Part shown: in pieces, positions 39,301 through 50,508 of the stretch
Numbering within the stretch: position 1 is the stretch's first letter
Layout of the letters: each line of letters begins with the position of its first letter
Assembly (NCBI GenBank): GCA_023231475.1
Contig: JALJEE010000596.1
Span: 62,001-126,000 of the forward strand
DNA from: Seison nebaliae
Taxonomy: Eukaryota
Direction of reading: 5' to 3'
DNA length: 64,000 bases
Made by a program: the position numbers and the translations under genes
The notes under the pieces: generated by a model
Told to the model about the DNA's origin: nothing
Database searches by the model: none
The model's input: only the letters and a program-made list of their open reading frames with translations

Positions 39301-42300
39301 GGAAGGCTAAAGAGGATCCGTATGTCAGTAAGAATATGAGGAGAGAAGGAAAACTCTTACAACTAGTGAAGCATGATAATATTGTACAATTGTATGAATT
39401 GATGGAAACGGAGAATAGTTATTATCTTGTCATGGAACTTTGTGATGGTGGCGATTTGATGGATTTTATTTGTGCCAAAAAACATTTGGACGAGAAGTTG
39501 ACACAAAAGTTTATAAAGCAGATAATGTCAGCTATCAATTATCTTCATCTCATTGGAATTCTTCATCGAGATTTGAAGATTGAGAATCTTCTCCTGGATA
39601 AACATAACAACATAAAATTAATCGGTTTTTTTTTGAATTTGATGGAAATTAAAATTTTCTTTTAAAGATTTCGGTTTATCCAATTTGATAAAGAAAGGAG
39701 AATGTATTACTCAATGTGGTTCGCCGGCATATGCCGCACCGGAACTGTTAGCGCACAAGAAATATGATCACAAAGTCGACGTCTGGAGTATGTTAGTTGA
39801 TGTTTTTGTGAAATGTTTTCATCAGGTTCCTTTTTTAGTGGAGTGAATATGTATGCGATGTTGACTGGTAATCTTCCGTATACGGTGGAACCGTTCAATA
39901 TTAAGACGTTATATAATAAAATGATCAAAGGTGAAATAAATAAATTACCAGAGAATCTGAGTAAAAATGGTATTGATCTTCTAATGAAATTATTGACAGC
40001 TGATCCGGTTAAACGAATAACGTTAATTGAAGCGATGAAACATCATTGGATATCGTCACATAATACCGATAATGATAATAATAATAATAATAATTTGATG
40101 ATGGAGAGTCTTCTTACCAAATCATCGTTAAGTAACGGAAAGATAAACGAGTCGAAATATAACCAGACCGTCCTCCATCATATGACGACACATATGAGTT
40201 TCCGATTGACAGATATACTTCAAAATTTGCAAACCAATCATGCTTCTTCCACTCTCGCCACTTATAGTTTGTTAGTACGAAAATTGATGAATGCCGATGC
40301 CAATAAAGAGAATATCATCATTTATAAAGAACATGCCGTTGTCCCACAAAAAGTCACTTCGCCCCCACTAAACAGTAAGCCACCAATGGGCCTAATTGGA
40401 GATAATAAAGACATCACAAAAACAGTAACGCCGCGACCTCCTATTATTACGAAGAATGAGAAAGACAATCGAAATAGTCAAGTGGTGGTGAAGAGAAGAT
40501 GTCGAAGTATTAGTCAAAATAAGACAAAAACTTTATCTGTATCAATTGGAGATAAACCGGTGATAAAAGAGAGGAAAATATCGTTCATCCAACAAAATCA
40601 TTTGAACGGGAAGAATGCGGCGACGAATCTTCAACGTCACAAATCGGAATCATATTCCGTTCAGAAAAGACCACCACAAAAATCGAATAAAAATGAAAGT
40701 AAAATGACGAATGATGAGAAGAGTGATTCTGAGAAATCTAACGTTACCTCTAAATATCATGCACATGGTCACAACGAACCACAACGCACGATGACAATGC
40801 AGAACATTCCAATGACGTCTCCAAATAAAATGGAAGGAAATAAAAGAAATTCGTTTACTTTAAAAAATTTAGTTCCATTTACACCCGATATAAATAAGAG
40901 AAATTTCACGAATGATAATTCCACCACAAAAGATTCGACAGAGAAAAATGGTAAAACGAAAGCACAATTCTTATCCCGTCGTGCAACTAAAACGAGAATA
41001 CAACGACCAATTTCAACGATGGTTCTCCAGAATGAAAATGAAGTGAATGGAAATAAAAATCATCAAATGTCGAATAATAATCATACGAGGTATTCTCATA
41101 ATCAACGACCGAATCCAGATCCTCAAACCGTTGTTAGAAATGAGAAAAATTTGAACACTAAAAATCCATCGCCCTCCGTTTCCGCCTTTAACATTTCCAA
41201 TCGTGTGAAATTATTAGCAGCGAAATTTCGTCAACAATCCATCGATCAAAAAGAGAATAATGTTCAACGTTGTGCCAATCTCAACAATAATAACAACAAT
41301 AATAATTTGAATGTGATTTGTACGAGTGACGAAGAGGAATCGTTAGCGAATTGTGACGATTCGATCAATTCATCCGAAATGACAAAAAGACAATTCTATT
41401 CAAATGAGAAAACGTTTCAATTACAATCGAATAAATTGAACGGAGAAGTTCATCCTCATGAGAAATTAATTTATAATTCACCTGAATCTATTCTCTTCGC
41501 TAATGGTAACAGTCAACCACATAAATTGGGTGATATGACAGTTGATATGGCACGAGAACGAATGAAAAATAATGGGCAAAAGTATTCGGAATTCCTTTCA
41601 CCGACCAGTTTATCTGATAAACAAAAAATGAATAGTAAAACGTCAGAGAAGAAGACGAATAGTAATGCTTATTGTAATATTTATGAGAAGAAACATCCCA
41701 CCTCCACCATCACCGGAACACATTCGATGAGACAACGAAATTCATCAAATCAATCCAATCGAATTTATATTCCGAAAACTCAATCGAAATTATTAACAAA
41801 TCAACAACAATCAAAATATTATAAACAAATCAAATTACAACACCAACAACAACATCAACAAAATTCGAGTGCGAATAAGAAATTGTCGAATGAATCGAAA
41901 CGATATTCTCTCGCATTTAATCCCACCACTGAAATTGTTATCAATCGAAATGTCAATAAAAAATCTCTATCGCCTTCGACCATCTCATCGAAACAGACGT
42001 TCCATACGAAAGCATTGACGATTTCATTAGAGAAGAATAATTCGACAAGAATCCAATCAGACAATATCAGTAACGAAAACAATTCGACTATTTCTAATAA
42101 TTCGATGTATCCATCAGAAAACGATCCACCTCATTCAACAAATCAACAGCAGAAAATGAATAAAGTGAAAAGTATTAACCGATATGGGCAATTGAATTTG
42201 AATTATCGTTATGTTCATTCGGAGAATCCATCGAAATTAAACGAAATGTTCACCAATTCACCACAGAATTGTAAAGAAGAGAATTGGCAAAATAGTAAAG

Positions 42301-43277
42301 AGAATTCGCCGAAGAAACCAATGGAGATGTTCCAAGCCAATGCTGAATATTTGGACAAGTTGCGCAATACGACAACGAGTAAATTTAAAGTTGAGAAACA
42401 TAACAAAATATTATCACCTGATTTCCTTCCTAATAAACAATTGAAAAAATATTCGGGAGAGAATCAGAATAAAACAGCTGGAATTACATCCAAATTACAT
42501 CGGGAAAAAAGAGAACATGTTCTCCATTTGAACGAAGATGATTCGCCTCGAGTGAAAGAAGAAACTAATCAGAATCATAACGGAAATCATCATCATCAGA
42601 ATAATAATATCAAATATCGAACTGAGTCACATGATACGCATTGTGGAAGAGTTGGAGTCGGTCGAGTATCTCGTCCCAAGAGTAGTTTGATGCCATTGAC
42701 TGTTGAACAGCAACAAAACAATCCGACAATCTTCCAAAATAATCGAAATTCCAAAAGAGATTCATCAAATTCTTTATCTATCTCCGATAATAGTCAATCA
42801 TCATTATCGACGAAAAATGGTAACGGAAATCGAACAAATACGAATAATTCTCGTAATAAAGGAAATTCGAATAATTATCAATATAATTATTATTCGAATA
42901 AACAACAAAAACATGATTCCATGTCCAAATCTACTTACACTCCAACAACTTATAATAATTCAGTGAAACCGTCAAGAACGACATTAATTAACGATATGTT
43001 AAATCCAATCGTGGAAACGAAACAGGAAAAGAGACCACATATATCGATGACATCGAGTGGAATCAGTTCGAACGAAATCACCACAACAACCACAACATTC
43101 AATCAGAGTATTCAAGATAAATTTGCGAATCATAACGATTCGATTAATATTGAACGGAAATGGCAGAACGGTAATGATGACAATACAGCAATCGCATTAC
43201 AACAAAAGAGAAAATATAATTCTGATAGTGGAAACCAGTTAAGTGCCGGTTCAAGCATTCAAAGCACTTGTATCTGA
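36336..43277 (+). CDS. HUNK: HUNK-like AMPK-family Ser/Thr kinase, ~2182 aa; introns 36508-36810, 39625-39667, 39792-39838
   Basis: KRVGNYLLGKKLGEGSFAKVKEGLH..VAIKVIDKRKAKEDPYVSKNMRREG..ETENSYYLVMELC..HRDLKIENLLL..LI^DFG..TQCGSPAYAAPELL..VDVWSI^GVNMYAMLTGNLPYTVEPFNIKTL is characteristic of HUNK, followed by a UBA-like segment. Exon 1 is less certain. Confidence 0.9.
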
Positions 43278-43544
43278 TATTATCATTAGCATATTCTTTC
43301 TGACTTCTCTTAAATTATTTAGTTTCCTATCGTTTTCTTCTCGAACAATACACCAGAAAGAAGTGCAAAAAAAAATTTTATAAAAATTTTCCAGAACTTT
43401 TATTTAAAACGATTTTTTCATCAACATGTTTATTTTCTTTCAATTTATTCTGTTCATTTAATAAATTTTAAAAATCAAATTTCTTATAATTTCCGTTTAT
43501 CATTCTTTAATCAAATCATAAACTGCTCAAATAGAAATAAACAA

Positions 43545-45233
43545 TTAGAATCGACGATATGTCCCATTCGGCAACTCTACCACGCCCATAATGTTGTTTA
43601 AAGACAAGATGAAAGTGTGGTGACATGAAACATCAGATGTGACATTAACTTCGTTTCTTAGATGTCCAACCATGAAAAAACGAGCTAATAAATAATATAA
43701 AAAAAAAACTAAATTTTTGTTTTTCCCCCAAAAACCATTAGTCATTTGAAGATACTTATCCTTCGTATTTTTCGTTGCTGTATACGTCCCATTTGCGATG
43801 TTAGCGATGGTTTGTCGATAGTTATTATCTTTGACTTTTTTCTTATGTTTTGTGATTTCGTGAAGGAACGGAATAAGTGAATGTTGATAATATTTCTTCA
43901 TAATTTTTCCAACATTATTATTGATAATATCAGTCCATTCTTTGTGAGCGAAATGTTGAAAGAAATCGTATTTTTCAGTCATCTCTATCAAAATGAGAAG
44001 AGAGAAGATTTGACGTTCTATAACTTTCAAATTTAAATTATTATTATCATCTGTACAACTTCGATCCACGAATTCATCGAGGAGAATTTGTCGATAATAA
44101 TTGAGGACAAATAAGAAATTTTGTTTCGCTGGTTTATCAGAACAAATCAACAGGTCACTCGGGAAATATATGTCGAGATGCTTCTTAATCGTCGTTTGAT
44201 TCTTGTCCAGTTGTTGTTTGATAAAATGGACATTCTTTTGAGGATCGATATTGTGTTTAACAAACAAATTACTTTTCATCACATTGAAATTTGGAATTAA
44301 ATTTTGGAAGTTCTTGAAAAAAATGATGAGTCTATAACAAATTGGAATGATGAAAGAAATGAGAGTTTTCTCCATCTCATTATGATTTGAATTGAGCGCC
44401 TCAATTTTGAAGAGTGATGTGATATTGTCTAATAATTTTACATATTCGTCAACGAGATTCAGTTCCTGAATTATGTCCAATAATTCCGTTCGACGATCGA
44501 CAATATGATTGAGTAATAATAAAGTCAATAATAATCGTTCATTCTTCTTCTCATAAAACAAACTATTCTTCTCATTTGATTCTGTTAAAATTTTATGAAA
44601 AACTTTCTCTGATTTCGATAAATCTTTAACATTCACTTCTTCCGATTTTTCGTTGAAAAGATTAGGATTGAATATTTCTAGTGTATTCAATAAAATGATG
44701 TTGAGACGATGATAGAATAAATTCCAATTATCCACCGACGACTCGACAGTATCGGGGAAGGAAACATGAAGGAAGTTTCTTGCAATTTGTCGACAATTAT
44801 ATCGCTTTTGTACTGAAGTATCTTGTTCGAAATTCTTCTCCTTCTTTACTAATAAGAGACCGAAAATTAATTGAAGGAATCGATGAATTGCAAATTCTGT
44901 TTGTCTTGATTTGTCCAAATTCTTCTTCTTACTATAATTCAAAAAGGAGAAGAGAATATCGATCAATACTTGAACAGTGAAATCAATATTCAATTTGCTT
45001 TTACTATTCTTCATTTCAAGTGATCCCAACGATTTCATCAAATGATTCCTCAATTCCTTATTGATGTATTTGGTTGGACCATCAGTATATTCATCGGATG
45101 AAATAGACAAAGACAATAATTCTACTTCTTCTCCTAAACAACTATGAATTAATGAAACACTTCGCAACATATCATGTTTGCTTACTTTCGTTTCGTCATA
45201 TATAATTTCTAGAAGATCTTCGGAAAAACCCAT
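43545..45233 (-). CDS. Intronless 562-aa protein of unknown family, paralog A (likely alpha-helical)
   Basis: Long ORF sharing blocks with 46845-48245 (KSRQTE..IHRF; W.LFY.RL.IILLNT.EIF; FYEK.NER.LLTL.LLN; LNL.DEYVK). Confidence 0.8.
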   Translation of the reverse strand: MGFSEDLLEIIYDETKVSKHDMLRSVSLIHSCLGEEVELLSLSISSDEYTDGPTKYINKELRNHLMKSLGSLEMKNSKSKLNIDFTVQVLIDILFSFLNYSKKKNLDKSRQTEFAIHRFLQLIFGLLLVKKEKNFEQDTSVQKRYNCRQIARNFLHVSFPDTVESSVDNWNLFYHRLNIILLNTLEIFNPNLFNEKSEEVNVKDLSKSEKVFHKILTESNEKNSLFYEKKNERLLLTLLLLNHIVDRRTELLDIIQELNLVDEYVKLLDNITSLFKIEALNSNHNEMEKTLISFIIPICYRLIIFFKNFQNLIPNFNVMKSNLFVKHNIDPQKNVHFIKQQLDKNQTTIKKHLDIYFPSDLLICSDKPAKQNFLFVLNYYRQILLDEFVDRSCTDDNNNLNLKVIERQIFSLLILIEMTEKYDFFQHFAHKEWTDIINNNVGKIMKKYYQHSLIPFLHEITKHKKKVKDNNYRQTIANIANGTYTATKNTKDKYLQMTNGFWGKNKNLVFFLYYLLARFFMVGHLRNEVNVTSDVSCHHTFILSLNNIMGVVELPNGTYRRF

Positions 45234-45593
45234 GACACTTTAAATAAATCGTCTCAAAGCTTTAATTCGACTTCATTTGACAATAACATATAAATTGTAA
45301 ATGAGCAACAATATTCTAAGAAGACAATGCTCCAAGATTAGAACACTTCCAAATTCATTATTAATATCTCAAGCGTCAAATGTACTGTAACAAGTTGTCA
45401 CTAGCAAAAGTTATAAAAGAATTTCGATCAGTAGTCGTATCATAGTGATCATTTTGTGATCATTATCAATAGTACTAACGTAAGTCATACCAGTGTGGAT
45501 TCTCGGTTACTTGGCTAACAGTTGCAGATGTTAGAATGGCATCAGAAGATACTCGGCTTAATTATATTTTTCACCTTCTAATATGTCGTATTA

Positions 45594-45858
45594 ATATTTA
45601 GAGAAGAATGGCAATCATAATTCATGCAAATTATTTTATTTTTTTTTGGAATCCCAATTTGAGCAATTGGATATTCTTTGAGTGATCTCCTTCCTTACGG
45701 TCAGTGATAGGAGATCGCTACCTTTCGTAAGACGTCTGTCTCATTGTGACATAGTTAGGAACGTGCATAAACAACTGTGCTACGCACGCCCCAAAACAAC
45801 CCCAAATATATAGATACATATTTAGAGAAGAATGGCAATCATAATTCATGCAAATTAT
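45594..45858 (-). mobile_element. 183-bp A-tailed insert (45635-45817) between exact 41-bp direct repeats (45594-45634 and 45818-45858); SINE-like or retroposed structured RNA
   Basis: Repeat ATATTTAGAGAAGAATGGCAATCATAATTCATGCAAATTAT on both sides. A T-run at 45635-45647 is an A tail on the minus strand. Several stems and an A-box-like TAGCACAGTTG lie inside. Confidence 0.7.
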
Positions 45859-46037
45859 GTGATCGATCGTTGAAATCGCCGAAACAACCGAATATATCTA
45901 AACATTTTGAAAGAAAACATGAAGAAATATTACAATATTACAGAAAACCTCGCGAGACAGAAATTTATTATAGAAAGAAATTTACCCCGCGGGGATTTGT
46001 TGTTCTAAATAAAAAAAAAAATAACGGAGAAACATGA
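45818..46037 (+). pseudogene. BED zinc-finger fragment, probably a hAT-type transposase relic, interrupted by the insert above
   Basis: YLEKNGNHNSCKLCDRSLKSPKQPNISKHFERKH has CxxC..HxxxxH BED spacing; no downstream transposase core. Confidence 0.55.
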
Positions 46038-46097
46038 GAAAATTGCATAATCATCAAAATGTAAAAATATAGTATATATGATATAGTATATCAGATA

Positions 46098-46143
46098 TAC
46101 CGTCGTGTGGGGGCAATTAAGGAAAGTGGGACAAATTAGGAAG
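46098..46143 (+). mobile_element. Solo terminus resembling a pogo/Tc1-mariner-type inverted repeat
   Basis: TA followed by CCGT, then a duplicated motif GGGGCAATTAAGGAA / GGGACAAATTAGGAA. I found no inverted partner by eye. Confidence 0.35.
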
Positions 46144-46496
46144 AAACTTTTAAAACTTGTATTAAAAGCGATTTTTTAAAGCCAATACCTATATAATTAT
46201 ATATATATAATATATATATATATGTTTATATAGACTTAACAACTATAGAGTCCTAATATATAGAACTTCCGTTGTTGTATGCCGAAGAGCAATCTCAAAT
46301 TTTGGTAATTTCCAAGTTTAAGACGTTTTACTTTTTACTTTTTTAAAAATATTTTAATCACTTACTGCTGCGAAGCAATCAAGTTAAAATACATTAAAAG
46401 TTCTCACCGAAGTAGTCTCACTAATAAAAATTTATCCCACATATTAGTTCTTAAAATGAACGGCAGGAAAATGGATGATGCTAACAATAATAGCCT

Positions 46497-46622
46497 TGAA
46501 TATTTTGAAGAATCCTGAGAATGTTTTGATGAAATTTCATTTCAATTGATTTAATGCCGTGAATATTTTGAAGAATCCTGAGAATGTTTTGATGAAATTT
46601 CATTTCAATTGATTTAATGCCG
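46497..46622. repeat. Perfect 63-bp tandem duplication (2 copies)
   Basis: TGAATATTTTGAAGAATCC...GATTTAATGCCG at 46497-46559 and 46560-46622. Confidence 0.95.
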
Positions 46623-46844
46623 TATTTAGTTTTTCTTCTGTTTTCATCATAATACAATTTTGTTGTTAATGCATTTAATAATTATTATAGATATAGTATA
46701 TCATTAGATAGCCCATTAAAAGTTCTACATATTAACATTTCTTCTTGGCATTTTTCTTTAAAACAAATAAATTCTTTGATGAGTTCGAAGAATAAAGGAT
46801 AGGTTTATTGGGAAAATTGAAGAAAATTTCAAGCTTATTTTTGC

Positions 46845-48245
46845 TCATAAACTGGACTTTTGCATACCTAATTCGTAAGCAATATTCATTTTTTTAATTG
46901 CCTCATATGTAAAGTTTATATATTTCCAAAATTCACTTTTTGTACAGCGATGCTTTCTCGTCAACCATTCGTCCAATTCACATATCATATAGAAAGGATA
47001 AACATCTCTAATATCATGAAGAAGTGCGACAGTTATGAAGTAAATAGGTGGAACTACATTCGGATAAATTATTTTATAATCGTTAGATTGTTTTATATAA
47101 TATTTAATGACATCACGCAACACATCATCAAGAAATAATCGTTGGTTGTGTATTTCGCTGTTATGAATAAGGAGATCAGTTTTGAAATATAAATCGAGTT
47201 TCTTCTTAATGAATTCTTTCTGTTTGTCAATTTGTCCATTTAATGACATCTTGGAGATTTCATTAACGTCAACTTTCCATGGTCGAAGGTCGTATTTGCC
47301 TCGATAAGTCTTAAAAACGGGTAATTTAAATCCAAAGAGTATCCGATAACTGATAGTAATTATATAAGGATTCAAATAGAGTTGATCTTCCTTTAGATGT
47401 GAGTTCAATTCGCCATTTTGTAAAACTGTTATGATTCTTCGAAGATATTTCACATATTCGTCAATTAAATTCAATTTCTCAATAAGCTCCACGAATGCAT
47501 GTTCCTCGTTGTTAACAAGTTGATTTAATAACATTAAAGTTAATAATATTCTCTCATTTCTCTTTTCGTAGAATACATCTGTTTTTTTCACTTTCCGTTT
47601 TAAAATTTCATCCAAAATATTATGATGAATAATGTTCTTATAATCAGTTCCTTTCGATACGAATATTTCCATTGTATTTAATAAGATAATATGTAATCGA
47701 TAATAGAACAACGGCCAATCCCCAACACATGATTTAATTTCGAATGGAAATGGAATATTCAGCAAAAATAACGAGATATCTTCATAGTCTTCCTTCTTAT
47801 ACTCATTAAAAGGCAAAGGAATTGATTGTTTTCTTTCGATTGAATAGTAGTTATACAGATTAACGAGCAATAGATAAATTAAGTACATGAACCGATGTAT
47901 AATTATTTCTGTTTGGCGTGATTTTTCGATATTCTCCAATTTAGCATAACTCAAAGACGCATAGAAGAAATCTACGATTAATTGTATCATGTAATCCAAT
48001 TTGAATCTTGATAAAAAACTATCAATACATTGACCAATTCTTTCGCCGTTGGAATCAAAAAAAAATGGCTGTTTTAGCATAACTCGAAATCGATGACAAA
48101 CAGACGATGGAAATTCTAAAAGGCCATAATTTAATTCATTGTATAATTTGCTTTGTAACATTATTCCTAAAGTGTCAGACATTTCGGAGATGATTTTCCC
48201 GTTTATTAAGAATTGTTTCAAATAATTACAAAAATGTATATTCAT
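46845..48245 (-). CDS. Intronless 466-aa protein of unknown family, paralog B
   Basis: Long ORF with colinear similarity to 43545-45233. Confidence 0.8.
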   Translation of the reverse strand: MNIHFCNYLKQFLINGKIISEMSDTLGIMLQSKLYNELNYGLLEFPSSVCHRFRVMLKQPFFFDSNGERIGQCIDSFLSRFKLDYMIQLIVDFFYASLSYAKLENIEKSRQTEIIIHRFMYLIYLLLVNLYNYYSIERKQSIPLPFNEYKKEDYEDISLFLLNIPFPFEIKSCVGDWPLFYYRLHIILLNTMEIFVSKGTDYKNIIHHNILDEILKRKVKKTDVFYEKRNERILLTLMLLNQLVNNEEHAFVELIEKLNLIDEYVKYLRRIITVLQNGELNSHLKEDQLYLNPYIITISYRILFGFKLPVFKTYRGKYDLRPWKVDVNEISKMSLNGQIDKQKEFIKKKLDLYFKTDLLIHNSEIHNQRLFLDDVLRDVIKYYIKQSNDYKIIYPNVVPPIYFITVALLHDIRDVYPFYMICELDEWLTRKHRCTKSEFWKYINFTYEAIKKMNIAYELGMQKSSL

Positions 48246-48335
48246 GATGAACTTTTTTAGGTGATTTGAGAATTTTTATTTGAATTCAATGAAAATTTTA
48301 TGGGGAACCTGCGATTTTTAAAAAAAAACTAATAT

Positions 48336-48349
48336 GTTGCCATGAGAAC
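48336..48349. promoter_or_regulatory. RFX X-box motif
   Basis: GTTGCCATGAGAAC fits GTHNYYATRRNAAC exactly, ~90 bp upstream of the paralog B ATG. Confidence 0.55.
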
Positions 48350-48390
48350 ACAAGTTTTATTTACAAACAAAATTTGATATATACAGAAAT

Positions 48391-50358
48391 TTATAATAAA
48401 TGATTGATCAGAGGAATAATCAATTTTTTCATATAAGAATTCCTTGTAATATGTTCTTGAAATTCTTCTCTTTTCATAAACTTTATATGTGAACTACAAA
48501 AATACATAAAGTAGTTCATGGGATGTAATGACCAGATGAATGCGTTCGATTTGTCAATAATTTCTTTTAGCAATTTCAGTGATTTGTAGAGTTCTACAAC
48601 ATCACTATGTGTCAACACATGCTCGGTGACTTTTCCATTTTGACAAATTGTCATTATTCGATAGGAAATAAACGAAATAATTTCGTAAATTTTTGATTCT
48701 TTCCTCAACTGGTCGAAAATTCCAAATTTGTTGAAATATTCATTCATTTCGGTTATCATGCTATCTATCGTTATTAATCTTCTCCAATCATAAATGGACA
48801 AACGAAATGCGTCCTTCATCGATCGTTCATTTTTAATAAACTTCAATTTATCGTCTTTGAAAATTTCATGTTCTTTCTTGTGAGTTTTCATCATATCGAT
48901 TATTTGATGAGTGCTAAGAAAATTTCTTGAACTTTCAAAATTTTCCAATTTATCTGGAACATCATCGAAATATACAGTAGGTCTTTTCACATAGAAAATC
49001 GGTTGTGATGTTGTCAAAAATATTTCATAAAATAATTCACATATCGTTCCTTTTAGATCGTTTATCGATTGTTCCATTTGAACTAATTTCTCATGTTCTT
49101 TTGAATTCGAAAAAATTTGTCGTGGAAGAGATCGCCGATCTTTAATGAATAATCTTTTGGCATTATTCTCTAACAAAATATCTTCTGCCTGTACGAGAAA
49201 TGGAATAGATGTTTCTTTCAATTTCATTCTGTGTTTTTCATATTCAACACGATTATCATTCTCTTTCCGTTGGAGATACGACGATGGTAAATTGAGAGAA
49301 TTATCATCAAACGAATTTATAAGAATTTCCAATAAACTCTTTAAATTTTCGTAATTGTTGACTTGGAGGACATCGTGTCTAATTTTCAGATGTGCAGTTT
49401 CCTCGAATAATCGTACTAATAATTTCAGATGCAAAATCAACACATCAATTTGTGCCGTTCTATCAGTGAAACATTTTTCACCTTCACAATTATCAGTCTT
49501 GATAATATTGTGATAAAGAAAAATATTTTTACAAATTCCATCAAAATAGTCAGGAAATTTCCAAAATTCCATTTTATTGAATCCGGTTTTCGATACGATT
49601 TCCAATAATTTAATGCAATCGGTTATCGTATAATTTTCGTTCGAAAAATTTTTCATCAATTTATGAAAAACCGTTAAATTGGAATTTGATGGTATGAGTG
49701 TGATGGAATGAGAAGAATTATATAATTTCCATTCATTCCAAGCGATGAATAATAAGGCAGTTGTATTTCGTTCTTGCGAAATGAAATAAATGTTATACAA
49801 TTTAATTTCCGTTTTTTCTGGTTTTTCGTCATCATTTTCTTCTTCTGTTTTATGATTATTTTCGCTCTCGTTATCTGATAGATCATCTTCATAAATTATA
49901 GTTGAATCATATTTAAAGTGTGAAATGTCAATGGAGATATTTCCTTTCATTTCATTCATTTGCTTTTGTTTTACTTCCAATTCTTTCCGTTTCATTTTTA
50001 ACTGATCAGTCGATTGATATTTAATAGAAATGGAGATCGCTTTCCGTTTCTCTTCATTGAGAAGAAACCTTGGCAAGTTATGTTGTGCTTCAATCGAAAT
50101 AACGTTTTCGAATGAAGTTATTAAACTCAATTTCCCAATTGGATAAGACGACATATAAATGGAATTGTTTGTGACGATTAAACTTTGTAAAGTTAATTTA
50201 TTCACTAGATATGGAATATTTATTTTGTACAACGGATTATTATAGATACATGTATCAAAAAATTTTAGATGAGATATGTCCAATTTCCCTAAAATCCTTT
50301 CCAATTTGATCTCATATTTCCAATTCTCATTCACCATGTATTGTGGATGCGCCATCAT
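48391..50358 (-). CDS. C12orf56 / DUF4551-like protein, 655 aa, intronless
   Basis: N-terminal LIVTNNSIYMSSYP..ITSFENVISIE..LPRFL..ISIKY plus FWKFPDYF and DRTAQIDVLILHLKLLVRLFEET recall C12orf56 (remembered motifs). Confidence 0.6.
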   Translation of the reverse strand: MMAHPQYMVNENWKYEIKLERILGKLDISHLKFFDTCIYNNPLYKINIPYLVNKLTLQSLIVTNNSIYMSSYPIGKLSLITSFENVISIEAQHNLPRFLLNEEKRKAISISIKYQSTDQLKMKRKELEVKQKQMNEMKGNISIDISHFKYDSTIIYEDDLSDNESENNHKTEEENDDEKPEKTEIKLYNIYFISQERNTTALLFIAWNEWKLYNSSHSITLIPSNSNLTVFHKLMKNFSNENYTITDCIKLLEIVSKTGFNKMEFWKFPDYFDGICKNIFLYHNIIKTDNCEGEKCFTDRTAQIDVLILHLKLLVRLFEETAHLKIRHDVLQVNNYENLKSLLEILINSFDDNSLNLPSSYLQRKENDNRVEYEKHRMKLKETSIPFLVQAEDILLENNAKRLFIKDRRSLPRQIFSNSKEHEKLVQMEQSINDLKGTICELFYEIFLTTSQPIFYVKRPTVYFDDVPDKLENFESSRNFLSTHQIIDMMKTHKKEHEIFKDDKLKFIKNERSMKDAFRLSIYDWRRLITIDSMITEMNEYFNKFGIFDQLRKESKIYEIISFISYRIMTICQNGKVTEHVLTHSDVVELYKSLKLLKEIIDKSNAFIWSLHPMNYFMYFCSSHIKFMKREEFQEHITRNSYMKKLIIPLINHLL

Positions 50359-50494
50359 TTAATTCAGAAAAAACCTTCCCGAACAGTTTAGCAGGTTTCC
50401 TATCGAATCGTTACTAATGGTCATAAACATGATCCAACTTAAAATAATTTGAAAGGAAAGAAGTTTTGGAGAATAAAATAACTTTTGTGAAAGT

Positions 50495-50508
50495 ATGACC
50501 ATAGCAAC
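50495..50508. promoter_or_regulatory. X-box-like motif upstream of the DUF4551-like gene
   Basis: ATGACCATAGCAAC: perfect TAGCAAC half-site, one mismatch to the degenerate consensus, ~140 bp upstream of the ATG. Confidence 0.4.

Noticed and set aside
45506..45519. X-box-like GTTACTTGGCTAAC upstream of paralog A
   Set aside because: Two mismatches to the consensus and ~270 bp from the ATG; too weak.
45681..45760. Hammerhead-like words (GAAA, CTGA) in the insert
   Set aside because: No intact CUGANGA core or stem I; twister, pistol and HDV layouts did not fit either.
45789..45806. CCCCAAAACAACCCCAAA resembling ciliate telomere or telomerase template sequence
   Set aside because: Only two imperfect units in a metazoan context, and partly within a hairpin stem.
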